A stretch of 60,182 bases of DNA from an uncultured Clostridia bacterium (GCA_944372355.1 CALVYS010000004.1:1-60182), one strand, 5' to 3'; counted from the first letter of the stretch, positions 18,000 to 25,407 are shown. Numbers and translations are program-made. The notes: generated from the letters alone by a model not told the origin.

Positions 18000-19183
18000 A
18001 ATTCCAGAGTTGCAAAAATAAAGTTGGAAACTTTGCCATTTGGCTCTGATGCTGTTGCAATCAATTCGCCGTTTGACATTTGGAAGATGCTTCCAGGCGT
18101 TATTGAAGTGTCTGCACTTATCAAAACGAGTTTGTCGCCAAAACGATCTGTCTCTGCCACAGGATATTGATATTTAAGCAAGCCTTCCAAATCGCCAATC
18201 CATGCGCACCAACCAAGAGAAATGTGGTTGGAGGTGCTGAGAGCGTTCGGTTTTACAGAAGTGATTTGTTTAAAGGTTATGACAACGTCGTCGCTGTCAG
18301 GGAGGTTTATTGCGCTGAAATTTTCGCCGGAAAGGTCATTTGGCAGGCTTTTTGGTAGAGTCCAAGTTGAGCCTTCGTCATAGGAAAAACAGATCATCGA
18401 AGTTGCTGCCTCAGTGCGTTTTGCATTTGACAGAATCATGATGAGTGTGTCATCAGCACGGAGGATCATTGGATTATAAAGCAGGTTTTGGTTTGAGTCG
18501 CCGCTGAGTATTTCCTGTGGCGTTGAAAAGGATGGGGAAAGCAAAGAGTTAAATGTAAGCACGGTTGAAAAGTTTTGATAATCATTTGTTGTGAAGGTGC
18601 AAAGCCATTGGTCTGTGAATTCTGCGCCATTTTTTAGTTGTGTCACGCTGCTCATGGCGTAAGCGCAATCGACAGAATTAAAGATGGTTGAAAAATTGCT
18701 CCAAGTTTGTCCATCATCAAAAGACAGTGAAAAAGAAATGCCGTTTGCTGGAAGCCTATCTTGTGCTGGATTTGCAGCGAACAAGATCAGGGCTTGATCT
18801 CCATTAGTAAAGTTTAAGGTGAAAAGGGAGGCGTCTGCTCGCATGGTGACATTTGAAAAAGGGGTTTGCAGTGTTTGCCAGTTTTCACCATCTGTGCAGG
18901 CAAGCAAGGTGACAGGGCCGTTGTTTTGAGTTGAAGCTATGATGATTTTGCCGGAGTTTGTTTGAACGGCCGAAGGTGCACCGAAAGCCAAGTTTTGAGA
19001 GATGCGAGACAGATTTTCTTCTTCAAGTTGCTCAACTCGAAGGCTTATAAATTGCATGGCCGTTTTGCGAGTTGCAAAATAAATGCTGACAAGTGTGATA
19101 GCACTTATCAGCAAAGCCGAAACAAGCATAAGAGAAAGAGAGTAAAGAAGCTTTCTTTTTTTGCTGTTGTCAGACATGGTCAT
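17996..19183 (-). CDS. Membrane-anchored BNR/Asp-box repeat (sialidase-fold beta-propeller-like) protein; function unknown
   Basis: N-terminal TM helix (LLYSLSLMLVSALLISAITLVSIYF). Asp-box motifs SFDDGQTW and SYDEGSTW, plus a degenerate CTDGENW. Confidence 0.55.
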   Translation of the reverse strand: MTMSDNSKKRKLLYSLSLMLVSALLISAITLVSIYFATRKTAMQFISLRVEQLEEENLSRISQNLAFGAPSAVQTNSGKIIIASTQNNGPVTLLACTDGENWQTLQTPFSNVTMRADASLFTLNFTNGDQALILFAANPAQDRLPANGISFSLSFDDGQTWSNFSTIFNSVDCAYAMSSVTQLKNGAEFTDQWLCTFTTNDYQNFSTVLTFNSLLSPSFSTPQEILSGDSNQNLLYNPMILRADDTLIMILSNAKRTEAATSMICFSYDEGSTWTLPKSLPNDLSGENFSAINLPDSDDVVITFKQITSVKPNALSTSNHISLGWCAWIGDLEGLLKYQYPVAETDRFGDKLVLISADTSITPGSIFQMSNGELIATASEPNGKVSNFIFATLEF

Positions 19184-19189
19184 GTAATT

Positions 19190-19217
19190 ATTATATCAAA
19201 AACTTAAAAATTATCAA
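19190..19217 (-). promoter_or_regulatory. Promoter TTGATA-16-(TGa)TATAAT placed 6 nt from ATG 19183 (leaderless candidate)
   Basis: The minus strand reads TTGATA atttttaagtttttga TATAAT aattac ATG, with no SD. Confidence 0.55.
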
Positions 19218-19227
19218 AGCGTTACAT

Positions 19228-20256
19228 CTATGTAAGTTTGATTTTGTTTGCGACATCTTTTCGCATATCTTCGCTGATGGCAGCGTAGTGTTTTTTCGTG
19301 GTGTTCACATCTTTATGGCCAAGCACGTCAGCAACGATATAGATGTCTTTGGTTTCACGATAAAGGTTGGTGCCAAAAGTGCTGCGCAGTTTGTGAGGGG
19401 AGATTTTTTTAAGCGGTGTGGCCTCTTTTGCAAATTTTTTGACAAGATCTTCCACGGCTCTCACAGAAATTCTCTTTTTTTGCAGAGAAACAAACATGGC
19501 TTTTTCTTCATCTGCAAGCCCCAGTGTTGCACGCTTTTTAAGCCAAACTTTCAAGGCATCAGCCACTTCCTCTGAAAAGTAAAGCACCGTTTGATTTCCG
19601 CCTTTTCTCGTCACTTTAAATGCATTTTGAGAAAAGTCAAAGTCGTCTAAATTCAATCCCACACATTCCGAAATACGTATTCCTGTTCCAAGAAAAAGTG
19701 TGACCAAGGCGTTGTCTCTTTCCACGGTGTTTTGATTGTAGGCTTTCTGGCGTTTTGAAAAGGTGTTGTTCGATGAAACAGCATCAAGCATTCTTGTCAC
19801 TTCGTCGGGTTCAAGACGAATGATTTCTTTGTTATGAAGCTTTGGCATAGGCACCTTGCTTGCGACATTAGATGAGATAAGATCGTGAGCAAACAAGTAT
19901 TTAAACAGGCTTCGCACAGCCGCAAGCTTTCTGGCTTTTCCACGCTCGCCATTTTTGTTGACTTTGCCGTCGTTTTCGTAATAAGAAAGATAGGAAAGAT
20001 ATTGCTCGATCTGTGTTGAGCGAATTTTATCTATGTCGTCAAGTGTGATTTCGGCTTTATTTTTGTGCAAAATTTCCTGCAAAAAGTCAAAAAATATGTT
20101 GAGGTCCATTGCGTAATTGCGTCTGGTCAATGATGAAGAGTTGTTTTCGATGCCTATGAAAAAGTCATAAACAAATTCTGGCAAATCAGAAACAATCTTG
20201 CCAATCTTTTTTTGATTAGATAAATCGCGCTTTTCAAAGTAACTTAAATTCTTCAT
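19228..20256 (-). CDS. Tyrosine recombinase, Xer-like (long XerS-style N-terminal domain)
   Basis: Catalytic residues in GTGIRISECVGL (R), HKLRSTFGT (H-x-x-R) and LGHKDVNTTKKHY (H, Y). The start could be ATG 20256 (leaderless geometry) or ATG 20274. Confidence 0.85.
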   Translation of the reverse strand: MKNLSYFEKRDLSNQKKIGKIVSDLPEFVYDFFIGIENNSSSLTRRNYAMDLNIFFDFLQEILHKNKAEITLDDIDKIRSTQIEQYLSYLSYYENDGKVNKNGERGKARKLAAVRSLFKYLFAHDLISSNVASKVPMPKLHNKEIIRLEPDEVTRMLDAVSSNNTFSKRQKAYNQNTVERDNALVTLFLGTGIRISECVGLNLDDFDFSQNAFKVTRKGGNQTVLYFSEEVADALKVWLKKRATLGLADEEKAMFVSLQKKRISVRAVEDLVKKFAKEATPLKKISPHKLRSTFGTNLYRETKDIYIVADVLGHKDVNTTKKHYAAISEDMRKDVANKIKLT

Positions 20257-20262
20257 ATTTAA

Positions 20263-20290
20263 ATTATACAACATTAAAAAATAATTGCAA
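20263..20290 (-). promoter_or_regulatory. Promoter TTGCAA-16-TATAAT placed 6 nt from ATG 20256 (leaderless candidate)
   Basis: Read directly on the minus strand. The TATAAT lies inside the track's first 6 codons. Confidence 0.45.
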
Positions 20291-20312
20291 AGAAAATTTA
20301 GCTACAAAATGT

Positions 20313-20339
20313 TGTGTGTATTATGACATAATAGACACA
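20313..20339. repeat. Palindromic intergenic repeat, copy d: TGTGTG-TATTATG-a-CATAATA-GACACA
   Basis: 27-bp near-perfect palindrome with one outer mismatch. Confidence 0.7.
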
Positions 20340-20377
20340 ATTTAATTAAAGTATTGTGTCCAAAAACGCGTATTTAT

Positions 20378-20405
20378 TTGACATGATAAGGTAAATTGAT
20401 ATAAA
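20378..20405 (+). promoter_or_regulatory. SigA-type promoter of serS: TTGACA-16-TATAAA
   Basis: Hexamers read directly. The leader is too short for a T-box. Confidence 0.55.
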
Positions 20406-20429
20406 CTAATTATATTTAAGGAGCAAAAC

Positions 20430-21716
20430 ATGATTGACATTAATATTTTGAGAAACGATCCAGAGCGAGTTAAGGCAAACATAAAGCGCAAATTTCAAGA
20501 TCAAAAATTGCCTTTGGTTGATGAAGTTTTAAAACTTGACAAAAACTTGCGTGCATTAAAAAAAGAAGGCGACGAACTGAGAAGCCAGAAAAATCAAATT
20601 TCTTCGCAAATAGGAAGATTGATGGCGCAAAATCAGCGTGACGAAGCTGAAAAAAGTAAGGCAAAAGTTGGACAAATCAACAAGCGAATCGTTGAAATCG
20701 AGGCAGAAGAAGAAATTGTCGCTGCAAAAGTCAAAAAGATTATGATGACGATTCCAAATTTTGTCGCTGATGATGTTCCTGTTGGAAAAGATGATGGCGA
20801 AAACGTTCAACTTGAAACTTTTTTGGAGGCCAAAGAAAAGCCTTTTGAGGTTCCATATCACACAGAAATTCTCGAAAAACTTGGAGGTCTCGATCTTGAC
20901 AGTGCTCGCAGAACCAGCGGACAAGGTTTTTATTATCTGACTGGTGATGTTGCAAGATTGCATTCAGCAATATTGACTTATGCACGCGATTTTATGATTG
21001 ATCGCGGTTACACATATGTTATTCCGCCATTTATGATTAGAAGCGACGTTGTAAGCGGCGTTATGTCTTTTGACGAAATGGACAATATGATGTATAAAAT
21101 CGAAGGCGAGGATTTATATCTCATCGGAACAAGCGAACATTCCATGATCGGTCGCTACATGAACACGATTCTCGATGAAAAAACTTTGCCACTGAAACTG
21201 ACAAGTTATTCTCCATGTTTTAGAAAGGAAAAAGGCGCTCATGGCATTGAGGAACGTGGAATCTATCGCATTCATCAATTTGAAAAACAAGAGATGATCA
21301 TCATTTGCAAGCCGGAAGACAGCGAAAAGTTTTACAACGAGCTTTGGCACAACACAGTTGACTTTTTTGTTTCGATGGAAATTCCTGTCAGAACTTTGGC
21401 GTGCTGCACAGGCGATTTGGCAGATCTTAAATATAAAAGCCTTGATGTGGAAGCTTGGAGCCCGAGACAGAAAAAGTATTTTGAAGTTGGCTCTTGCTCA
21501 AATTTGACCGACGCTCAGGCACGACGCTTGGGAATTCGTTATAAAACCGAAAAAGGCAATGTTTTTGCTCACACTTTAAACAACACGGTCGTGGCGCCAC
21601 CTAGAATGCTTATTGCGTTTATGGAAAACCATTTAAATGAAGATGGATCCGTGTATATTCCGCCAGTTTTAAGGCCATATATGGGTGGAAAAGAAAAAAT
21701 TGAAGTGAAAAAATAG
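20430..21716 (+). CDS. serS: Serine--tRNA ligase
   Basis: N-terminal coiled-coil arm MIDINILRNDPE, and class II core motifs (FRKEKGAHG, TLNNTVVAPPR). Confidence 0.96.
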   Translation: MIDINILRNDPERVKANIKRKFQDQKLPLVDEVLKLDKNLRALKKEGDELRSQKNQISSQIGRLMAQNQRDEAEKSKAKVGQINKRIVEIEAEEEIVAAKVKKIMMTIPNFVADDVPVGKDDGENVQLETFLEAKEKPFEVPYHTEILEKLGGLDLDSARRTSGQGFYYLTGDVARLHSAILTYARDFMIDRGYTYVIPPFMIRSDVVSGVMSFDEMDNMMYKIEGEDLYLIGTSEHSMIGRYMNTILDEKTLPLKLTSYSPCFRKEKGAHGIEERGIYRIHQFEKQEMIIICKPEDSEKFYNELWHNTVDFFVSMEIPVRTLACCTGDLADLKYKSLDVEAWSPRQKKYFEVGSCSNLTDAQARRLGIRYKTEKGNVFAHTLNNTVVAPPRMLIAFMENHLNEDGSVYIPPVLRPYMGGKEKIEVKK

Positions 21717-21724
21717 GAGAAAAC

Positions 21725-22681
21725 ATGAGGGGAATTTCACGCAAACTGATTGAATCAATCGCAGACGAAAATGTAAGCGAGTTTGCAGAGGCCACAGAAG
21801 AAAAAATTGCTGCGCTTTGCAGCCTTGCTGTGACCGAACTTTCTTATTCGGTGCCATTTGTTTCTGTTGAAAAAACAATTTTGCAACCTGTGAATGAATC
21901 GTTCAATGGTTCGACTTCTGCTGAGAGCGAATACATCTATTTTCTTGGCATTGAAAGCCCTCAAATCGAAATAAATTGTTTGCAATACAACGATTGGTGG
22001 AAACGATTTAAAGATCGTTTTGTTTACGCTTGGAATGCCTCAAAAAAGAAAAAAAGAAGAAAAAAGAAAAAGAAAGAAGAAGATTCCGCGCCAATTCAAT
22101 TTGATGCAGAAAAATACAACCTTGACAAACTTGTTTCAGATTTGCAAGTTGCAATGTCTCACAATCTGTCAGAAACCAGCATCGTTTATAATGAAGGCCG
22201 ATTTTTAAGAGTTATTGGAATCGATGATTTTGGCCCAAAAACCAAAATATTCATTTATCCTGTGCTTTACGAAGATGGCGATTTTAAATTTTTTATCAGT
22301 CGCAAAAAAGGATTTTATAAAATCAACTTTACAAATCGTGAAAAACTTGTCAGCGACAAGTTTGAGCGCGTTGGAACAAATTTTGTGAAAATGTTAAAAA
22401 TTATGAACGCCTTGTTTAGAAATTCTTCACGTTCTTATATTTTGCCAAATCAAATATATATTGAAAGCCTTTTATACAACACGCCAGACGAGTTGTTTGC
22501 AGGTGATGATATATATTCGATTTTTATCAAGATCATAAACTATTTAAATTTCTCAAACGTTTCACAATTTAAAAGCATTTTAAATCCAGATATAACGCTT
22601 GAAAAAGAAAAAGCAGTTCGATCAAACATTGTGATTTTGTCAAAACTTTTAAGCGGCTTAAATGAAATAAAATCTTCATAA
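21725..22681 (+). CDS. Hypothetical protein, translationally close-coupled to serS; weak nucleotidyltransferase-fold-like C-terminal pattern
   Basis: The RBS AGGAGA sits 8 nt after the serS stop. There is an internal Lys/Arg run KKKKRRKKKKKEED. The segments IFIYPVLYEDGD and FVKMLKIMNALF...IYIESLLYNTPDELF resemble the helical back-side of SMODS/CD-NTase-type folds, but no clear GS..DxD catalytic motif is present. Confidence 0.6.
   Translation: MRGISRKLIESIADENVSEFAEATEEKIAALCSLAVTELSYSVPFVSVEKTILQPVNESFNGSTSAESEYIYFLGIESPQIEINCLQYNDWWKRFKDRFVYAWNASKKKKRRKKKKKEEDSAPIQFDAEKYNLDKLVSDLQVAMSHNLSETSIVYNEGRFLRVIGIDDFGPKTKIFIYPVLYEDGDFKFFISRKKGFYKINFTNREKLVSDKFERVGTNFVKMLKIMNALFRNSSRSYILPNQIYIESLLYNTPDELFAGDDIYSIFIKIINYLNFSNVSQFKSILNPDITLEKEKAVRSNIVILSKLLSGLNEIKSS
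22042..22083 (+). repeat. 42-nt uninterrupted polypurine (A/G only) tract inside the hypothetical CDS
   Basis: AAAAAAGAAAAAAAGAAGAAAAAAGAAAAAGAAAGAAGAAGA, encoding the K/R run. Confidence 0.9.
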
Positions 22682-22715
22682 TAGCAGATTTATGCAAAAA
22701 ATCGTATTTTTACAA

Positions 22716-22737
22716 GTTATAAAAAAATAACATAATA
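22716..22737. repeat. Palindromic intergenic repeat, copy e1 (degenerate left arm): GTTAT-aaaaaaa-ATAACATAATA
   Basis: The right arm is identical to copies a, c and g. Confidence 0.6.
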
Positions 22738-22740
22738 TTT

Positions 22741-22837
22741 GCAAAAATGCCGGTATTATGTGCCTATCTCTGCGTAAAAGCTGTCTTTTACGCAGAGATA
22801 CAAGTGTGAAAATGCGCAAAAAATGTGGGTATTATGT
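22741..22837. repeat. About 21-nt direct repeats (GCAAAAA(A)TGnnGGTATTATGT at 22741-22761 and 22816-22837) flanking a perfect 16-bp-stem hairpin (22765-22800)
   Basis: The hairpin is TATCTCTGCGTAAAAG-ctgt-CTTTTACGCAGAGATA. No U tract follows it on either strand. Confidence 0.75.
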
Positions 22838-22850
22838 CTTCATAATACCC
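22827..22850 (+). terminator. Palindromic repeat copy e3, GGGTATTATG-tctt-CATAATACCC, followed by ccta-TTTTT; probable terminator of the serS operon
   Basis: 10-bp perfect stem, 4-nt loop and a downstream T5. Confidence 0.55.
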
Positions 22851-22860
22851 CCTATTTTTG

Positions 22861-22890
22861 TTGACACACTCCCCCAAAACATTATATAAT
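22861..22890 (+). promoter_or_regulatory. Consensus SigA promoter: TTGACA-18-TATAAT (or 16 to TATATA)
   Basis: Read directly, about 20 nt upstream of the PadR-like gene RBS. Confidence 0.7.
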
Positions 22891-22910
22891 CGTTGTAGAG
22901 GGTGAAAAAT

Positions 22911-24605
22911 ATGGAAGTTTTAGCAAAAGGACAACTCTCCTATATGATTCTCTCCTGCCTTAGCGAGAGAGATATGTATGGGCTTGAACTTATTGATGAA
23001 ATTAAAAAAAGATATGGAAGGGAAATCAAGCTTCCAAGTTTGTATTCCAATTTAAATCGAATGAAGGAGTTGAAATACATATCCTCTTATCTCAAAGAAA
23101 GCACAAAAGGACCAAAGTGTTCTTATTCAAGCATCACTGAGGCAGGAAGAAATGCTCTTGAAAATTTGAAGGCTGAATTTGATGGGTTCAAATTTGCTCA
23201 GCCAGAGCCTCCAAAGCCAGAGATAAAGCAAGAGTCACCTAAAACGCCGAGAAATGATTTTGAAGAATATTTGAAAGCCAACACCTCACCTTCTTATGAT
23301 GAGCCAGAGATCGAAAAATCTGATGACTATGATGACTACTTTGCTCTGTCAGACGATGATGAGACTGAAAGTGCAGAGAATGAAATGCTAGAAAATGAAG
23401 ATCTTGAAGATCAAGTTTTGCAAGAACAAGTTGTCAGCGAAGAGATTGAAGAGACTCAGCCGGTTGAGCTTCAAGAGGAAATAGAGGAAGAAAAAGAGGT
23501 TGAGCAGCCAATCGTTCAGCAGACTGAACCTGAGCCTGTCAAGGAAGAACCTGCGAAAGAAAACGTGACAAGAATCGATGACGAAGAATACAATCAAAGG
23601 CTCTATAATGCTGCGCGTGATTTTTCGAGAAACAGAAGCAAACGCAGTTACACAGAAAATCAAATAGAGCTTTCAATCTCTCCTGCTGTGGCAAAATCCC
23701 CAGTTCAACAGGAGCAGGATCTTTCAGAGCTTAAAACTGCCCTACTTCAATCCAAAGAGGGACACTATCAAGAGATTAAGCATGAATTCAAAACTTACAA
23801 TGCTTTGCAGACTGCATTGAATCAGGAAAACACAACCGAAAAAGTGCAGCCAGTTCAAGAAAGCATAAAAGATGACGGCGTGTTCATCACAGAAAGATTG
23901 CCAGAGAGCGCAATTCCAAAACCTAAAAAGATTGAGCCTCCAAGGCTGAACATAACCTTGCCTACCCCAGGTTATGACAAAAAATTGCCAGCACCTAAAC
24001 GCAATGTTGCGGTTGACCCAACTTGCAGTGACGTGCGCGCAAAGATTGAAAGTTTGTATGCCAAGGCCGAAGTGAAAAAAGAACCTGTGGCGCCGGTTGA
24101 GGATTTTGAGGATTATGACGAGCTTGCAAATTATTATGATTCTCAGGGCGTGAACTTCAAAGTGTATGAAAGGCCACAAGCAAGGCCGAAACACAACACA
24201 AACCTTTTGAATCTTTATGTCAGCTTGGCGATTTTTGCAATGGTTGGCGTGGGCTGCGCTTTGTTTTACATGATTTTTAGTCTTTCAGGACTCACGAGAG
24301 ATGCGACAAACTTTGTTTACTATCTCTTCCCTATAATAGCGCTTGTTTACGTAGTTTACAATTACTACACATATAAAACCACAGTCAGCAAAGTGCCAAA
24401 GCAGATGTGGCATCCTGCGATCGTTTGGAGCGTGTTTGCTTTGCTTGTTGCACTCATCTTTTTGATCAACTATGCTTGCGGCGCAGCGTTTAACGAAGCC
24501 AGCACCTACTTCTCCACTATTTTGGTGCCTATATTCGCTTCTGCATGTGCTACTGTTGGAATCTACTACGCCCAAATTTATGCTTATAAAAAATTTTGGA
24601 AATAA
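22911..24605 (+). CDS. Membrane-tethered PadR-family transcriptional regulator (N-terminal wHTH, long acidic/Pro-rich linker, 4 C-terminal TM helices)
   Basis: PadR pattern: LSYMILSCLSERDMYGLELIDEI...LPSLYSNLNRMKELKYISS...YSSITEAGRNAL. An acidic E/D/Q-rich linker follows. The last 140 aa contain four hydrophobic helices. The RBS GAGGGTG precedes ATG 22911. Confidence 0.75.
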   Translation: MEVLAKGQLSYMILSCLSERDMYGLELIDEIKKRYGREIKLPSLYSNLNRMKELKYISSYLKESTKGPKCSYSSITEAGRNALENLKAEFDGFKFAQPEPPKPEIKQESPKTPRNDFEEYLKANTSPSYDEPEIEKSDDYDDYFALSDDDETESAENEMLENEDLEDQVLQEQVVSEEIEETQPVELQEEIEEEKEVEQPIVQQTEPEPVKEEPAKENVTRIDDEEYNQRLYNAARDFSRNRSKRSYTENQIELSISPAVAKSPVQQEQDLSELKTALLQSKEGHYQEIKHEFKTYNALQTALNQENTTEKVQPVQESIKDDGVFITERLPESAIPKPKKIEPPRLNITLPTPGYDKKLPAPKRNVAVDPTCSDVRAKIESLYAKAEVKKEPVAPVEDFEDYDELANYYDSQGVNFKVYERPQARPKHNTNLLNLYVSLAIFAMVGVGCALFYMIFSLSGLTRDATNFVYYLFPIIALVYVVYNYYTYKTTVSKVPKQMWHPAIVWSVFALLVALIFLINYACGAAFNEASTYFSTILVPIFASACATVGIYYAQIYAYKKFWK

Positions 24606-24633
24606 TGTGAATAATATTTAAATTTCTTCACAT
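24605..24633. other. Imperfect 11-7-11 palindrome ATGTGAATAAT-atttaaa-TTTCTTCACAT at the convergent strand switch (weak terminator or candidate dif-like site)
   Basis: Arms match at 9 of 11 positions. It starts at the last base of the PadR-like stop codon. Confidence 0.3.
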
Positions 24634-24697
24634 ATTAGGTTTAGGTTAAGTTTTACGCTTGACCGTTACAGGAAAAACGCGATTAAGTTCATTAGAT

Positions 24698-25282
24698 TTA
24701 AGCCGCGTTTTTTCTTTTTTTCTTGACAATATACATGATCAGCTCTATCAATATGAACAGGCCAAGAAGAGCCAAGGAAAAGAAAAGGATATAGAGCGAA
24801 GAGCCCTCAAAAAACAAACATATCAAAAGTATGATCGCGCAGGCTATCAAACTGCCGATCGCTATTGCGATAAAGCTTTGCCAAATTTTCAACGAAGTGC
24901 AGCCGGCAATCAAACTGCCCGACCAGACGCCTGTTAATGGCAGCGGTATGGCGACAAATCCGCCTAGCAATAACAGCTTTTTGAAAGTTGAATTTGTTAG
25001 AGAAAGCTTGGAGAGTTTTTTGCCATAACGCTCATGCACAAAACCTGTGAAAAATCGATTCTTGATCTTTCGTGTCAAAAGCATGACTGGCAGAGCTGGC
25101 ACCAAGCTGCCTATGAATGCACAAAGAAATGCAGCCCAAGCCGGCAAAACATTTTCAGCCAAAATCTGCGCAGACAGTGCAAATGGAATCGCGATTCTAC
25201 CCTCTAATCCAGGAATGATAGCGATCAAAATGACGGCTAAAAAGGCGTATTCTCCAAAAAATGAACCAATGGCTTCTAAAAT
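24698..25282 (-). CDS. Small integral membrane protein, COG2426 / 'small multidrug export'-like family
   Basis: Motif IIPGLEGRIAIPFAL plus several TM helices. The track starts at TTG 25228, but GGAGGTG (25294-25288) sits 7 nt upstream of an in-frame ATT at 25282, and that start would add the expected first TM helix. Confidence 0.5.
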   Translation of the reverse strand: MLEAIGSFFGEYAFLAVILIAIIPGLEGRIAIPFALSAQILAENVLPAWAAFLCAFIGSLVPALPVMLLTRKIKNRFFTGFVHERYGKKLSKLSLTNSTFKKLLLLGGFVAIPLPLTGVWSGSLIAGCTSLKIWQSFIAIAIGSLIACAIILLICLFFEGSSLYILFFSLALLGLFILIELIMYIVKKKRKNAA

Positions 25283-25286
25283 AAAA

Positions 25287-25321
25287 TCACCTCCACTTTT
25301 ATATTATTCAACTTGAGGTGA
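25287..25321 (-). promoter_or_regulatory. Hairpin able to sequester the RBS of the small membrane protein gene
   Basis: The minus strand reads TCACCTC-(21 nt)-GAGGTGA. The 3' arm is the SD itself. Confidence 0.35.
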
Positions 25322-25376
25322 CGGTTAGAATGTTTTTGTCGTTTTTTGTAAACTGGCGCGCTCGCTTTTCGCGAGC

Positions 25377-25407
25377 AAAAAAAGCCCTCATAAATGAGGG
25401 CTTTTTT
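25377..25407 (-). terminator. Rho-independent (bidirectional-looking) terminator after rny
   Basis: AAAAAAAGCCCTCA-taaa-TGAGGGCTTTTTT. An extra GCTCGC-gaaaa-GCGAGC hairpin lies next to it. Confidence 0.85.

Noticed and set aside
17996-20339. Prophage or integrative element around the tyrosine recombinase.
   Set aside because: No phage, conjugation or cargo genes are present, no flanking tRNA, and no flanking direct repeats that I could find. Only two genes lie between conserved housekeeping genes. I therefore treated it as a synteny break or a Xer candidate.
20275-20429. T-box leaders upstream of serS (and of proS at 37231).
   Set aside because: The serS leader is only about 25 nt after a TTGACA-16-TATAAA promoter and lacks the T-box sequence. 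proS overlaps xseB and has no leader at all.
21725-24605. Reading the NTase-like ORF plus the downstream 4-TM protein as a CBASS-type defence pair.
   Set aside because: The catalytic GS/DxD signature is not convincingly present. The second gene has its own consensus promoter behind a terminator-like hairpin, and its N-terminus is a PadR DNA-binding domain rather than a nucleotide sensor. No Cap or accessory genes are present.
24659-24937. A 92-aa plus-strand ORF at the strand-switch region.
   Set aside because: It lies antisense to the C-terminal half of the membrane protein gene (24698-25282). It has a GTG/TTG-type start without an RBS and a basic, low-complexity composition.
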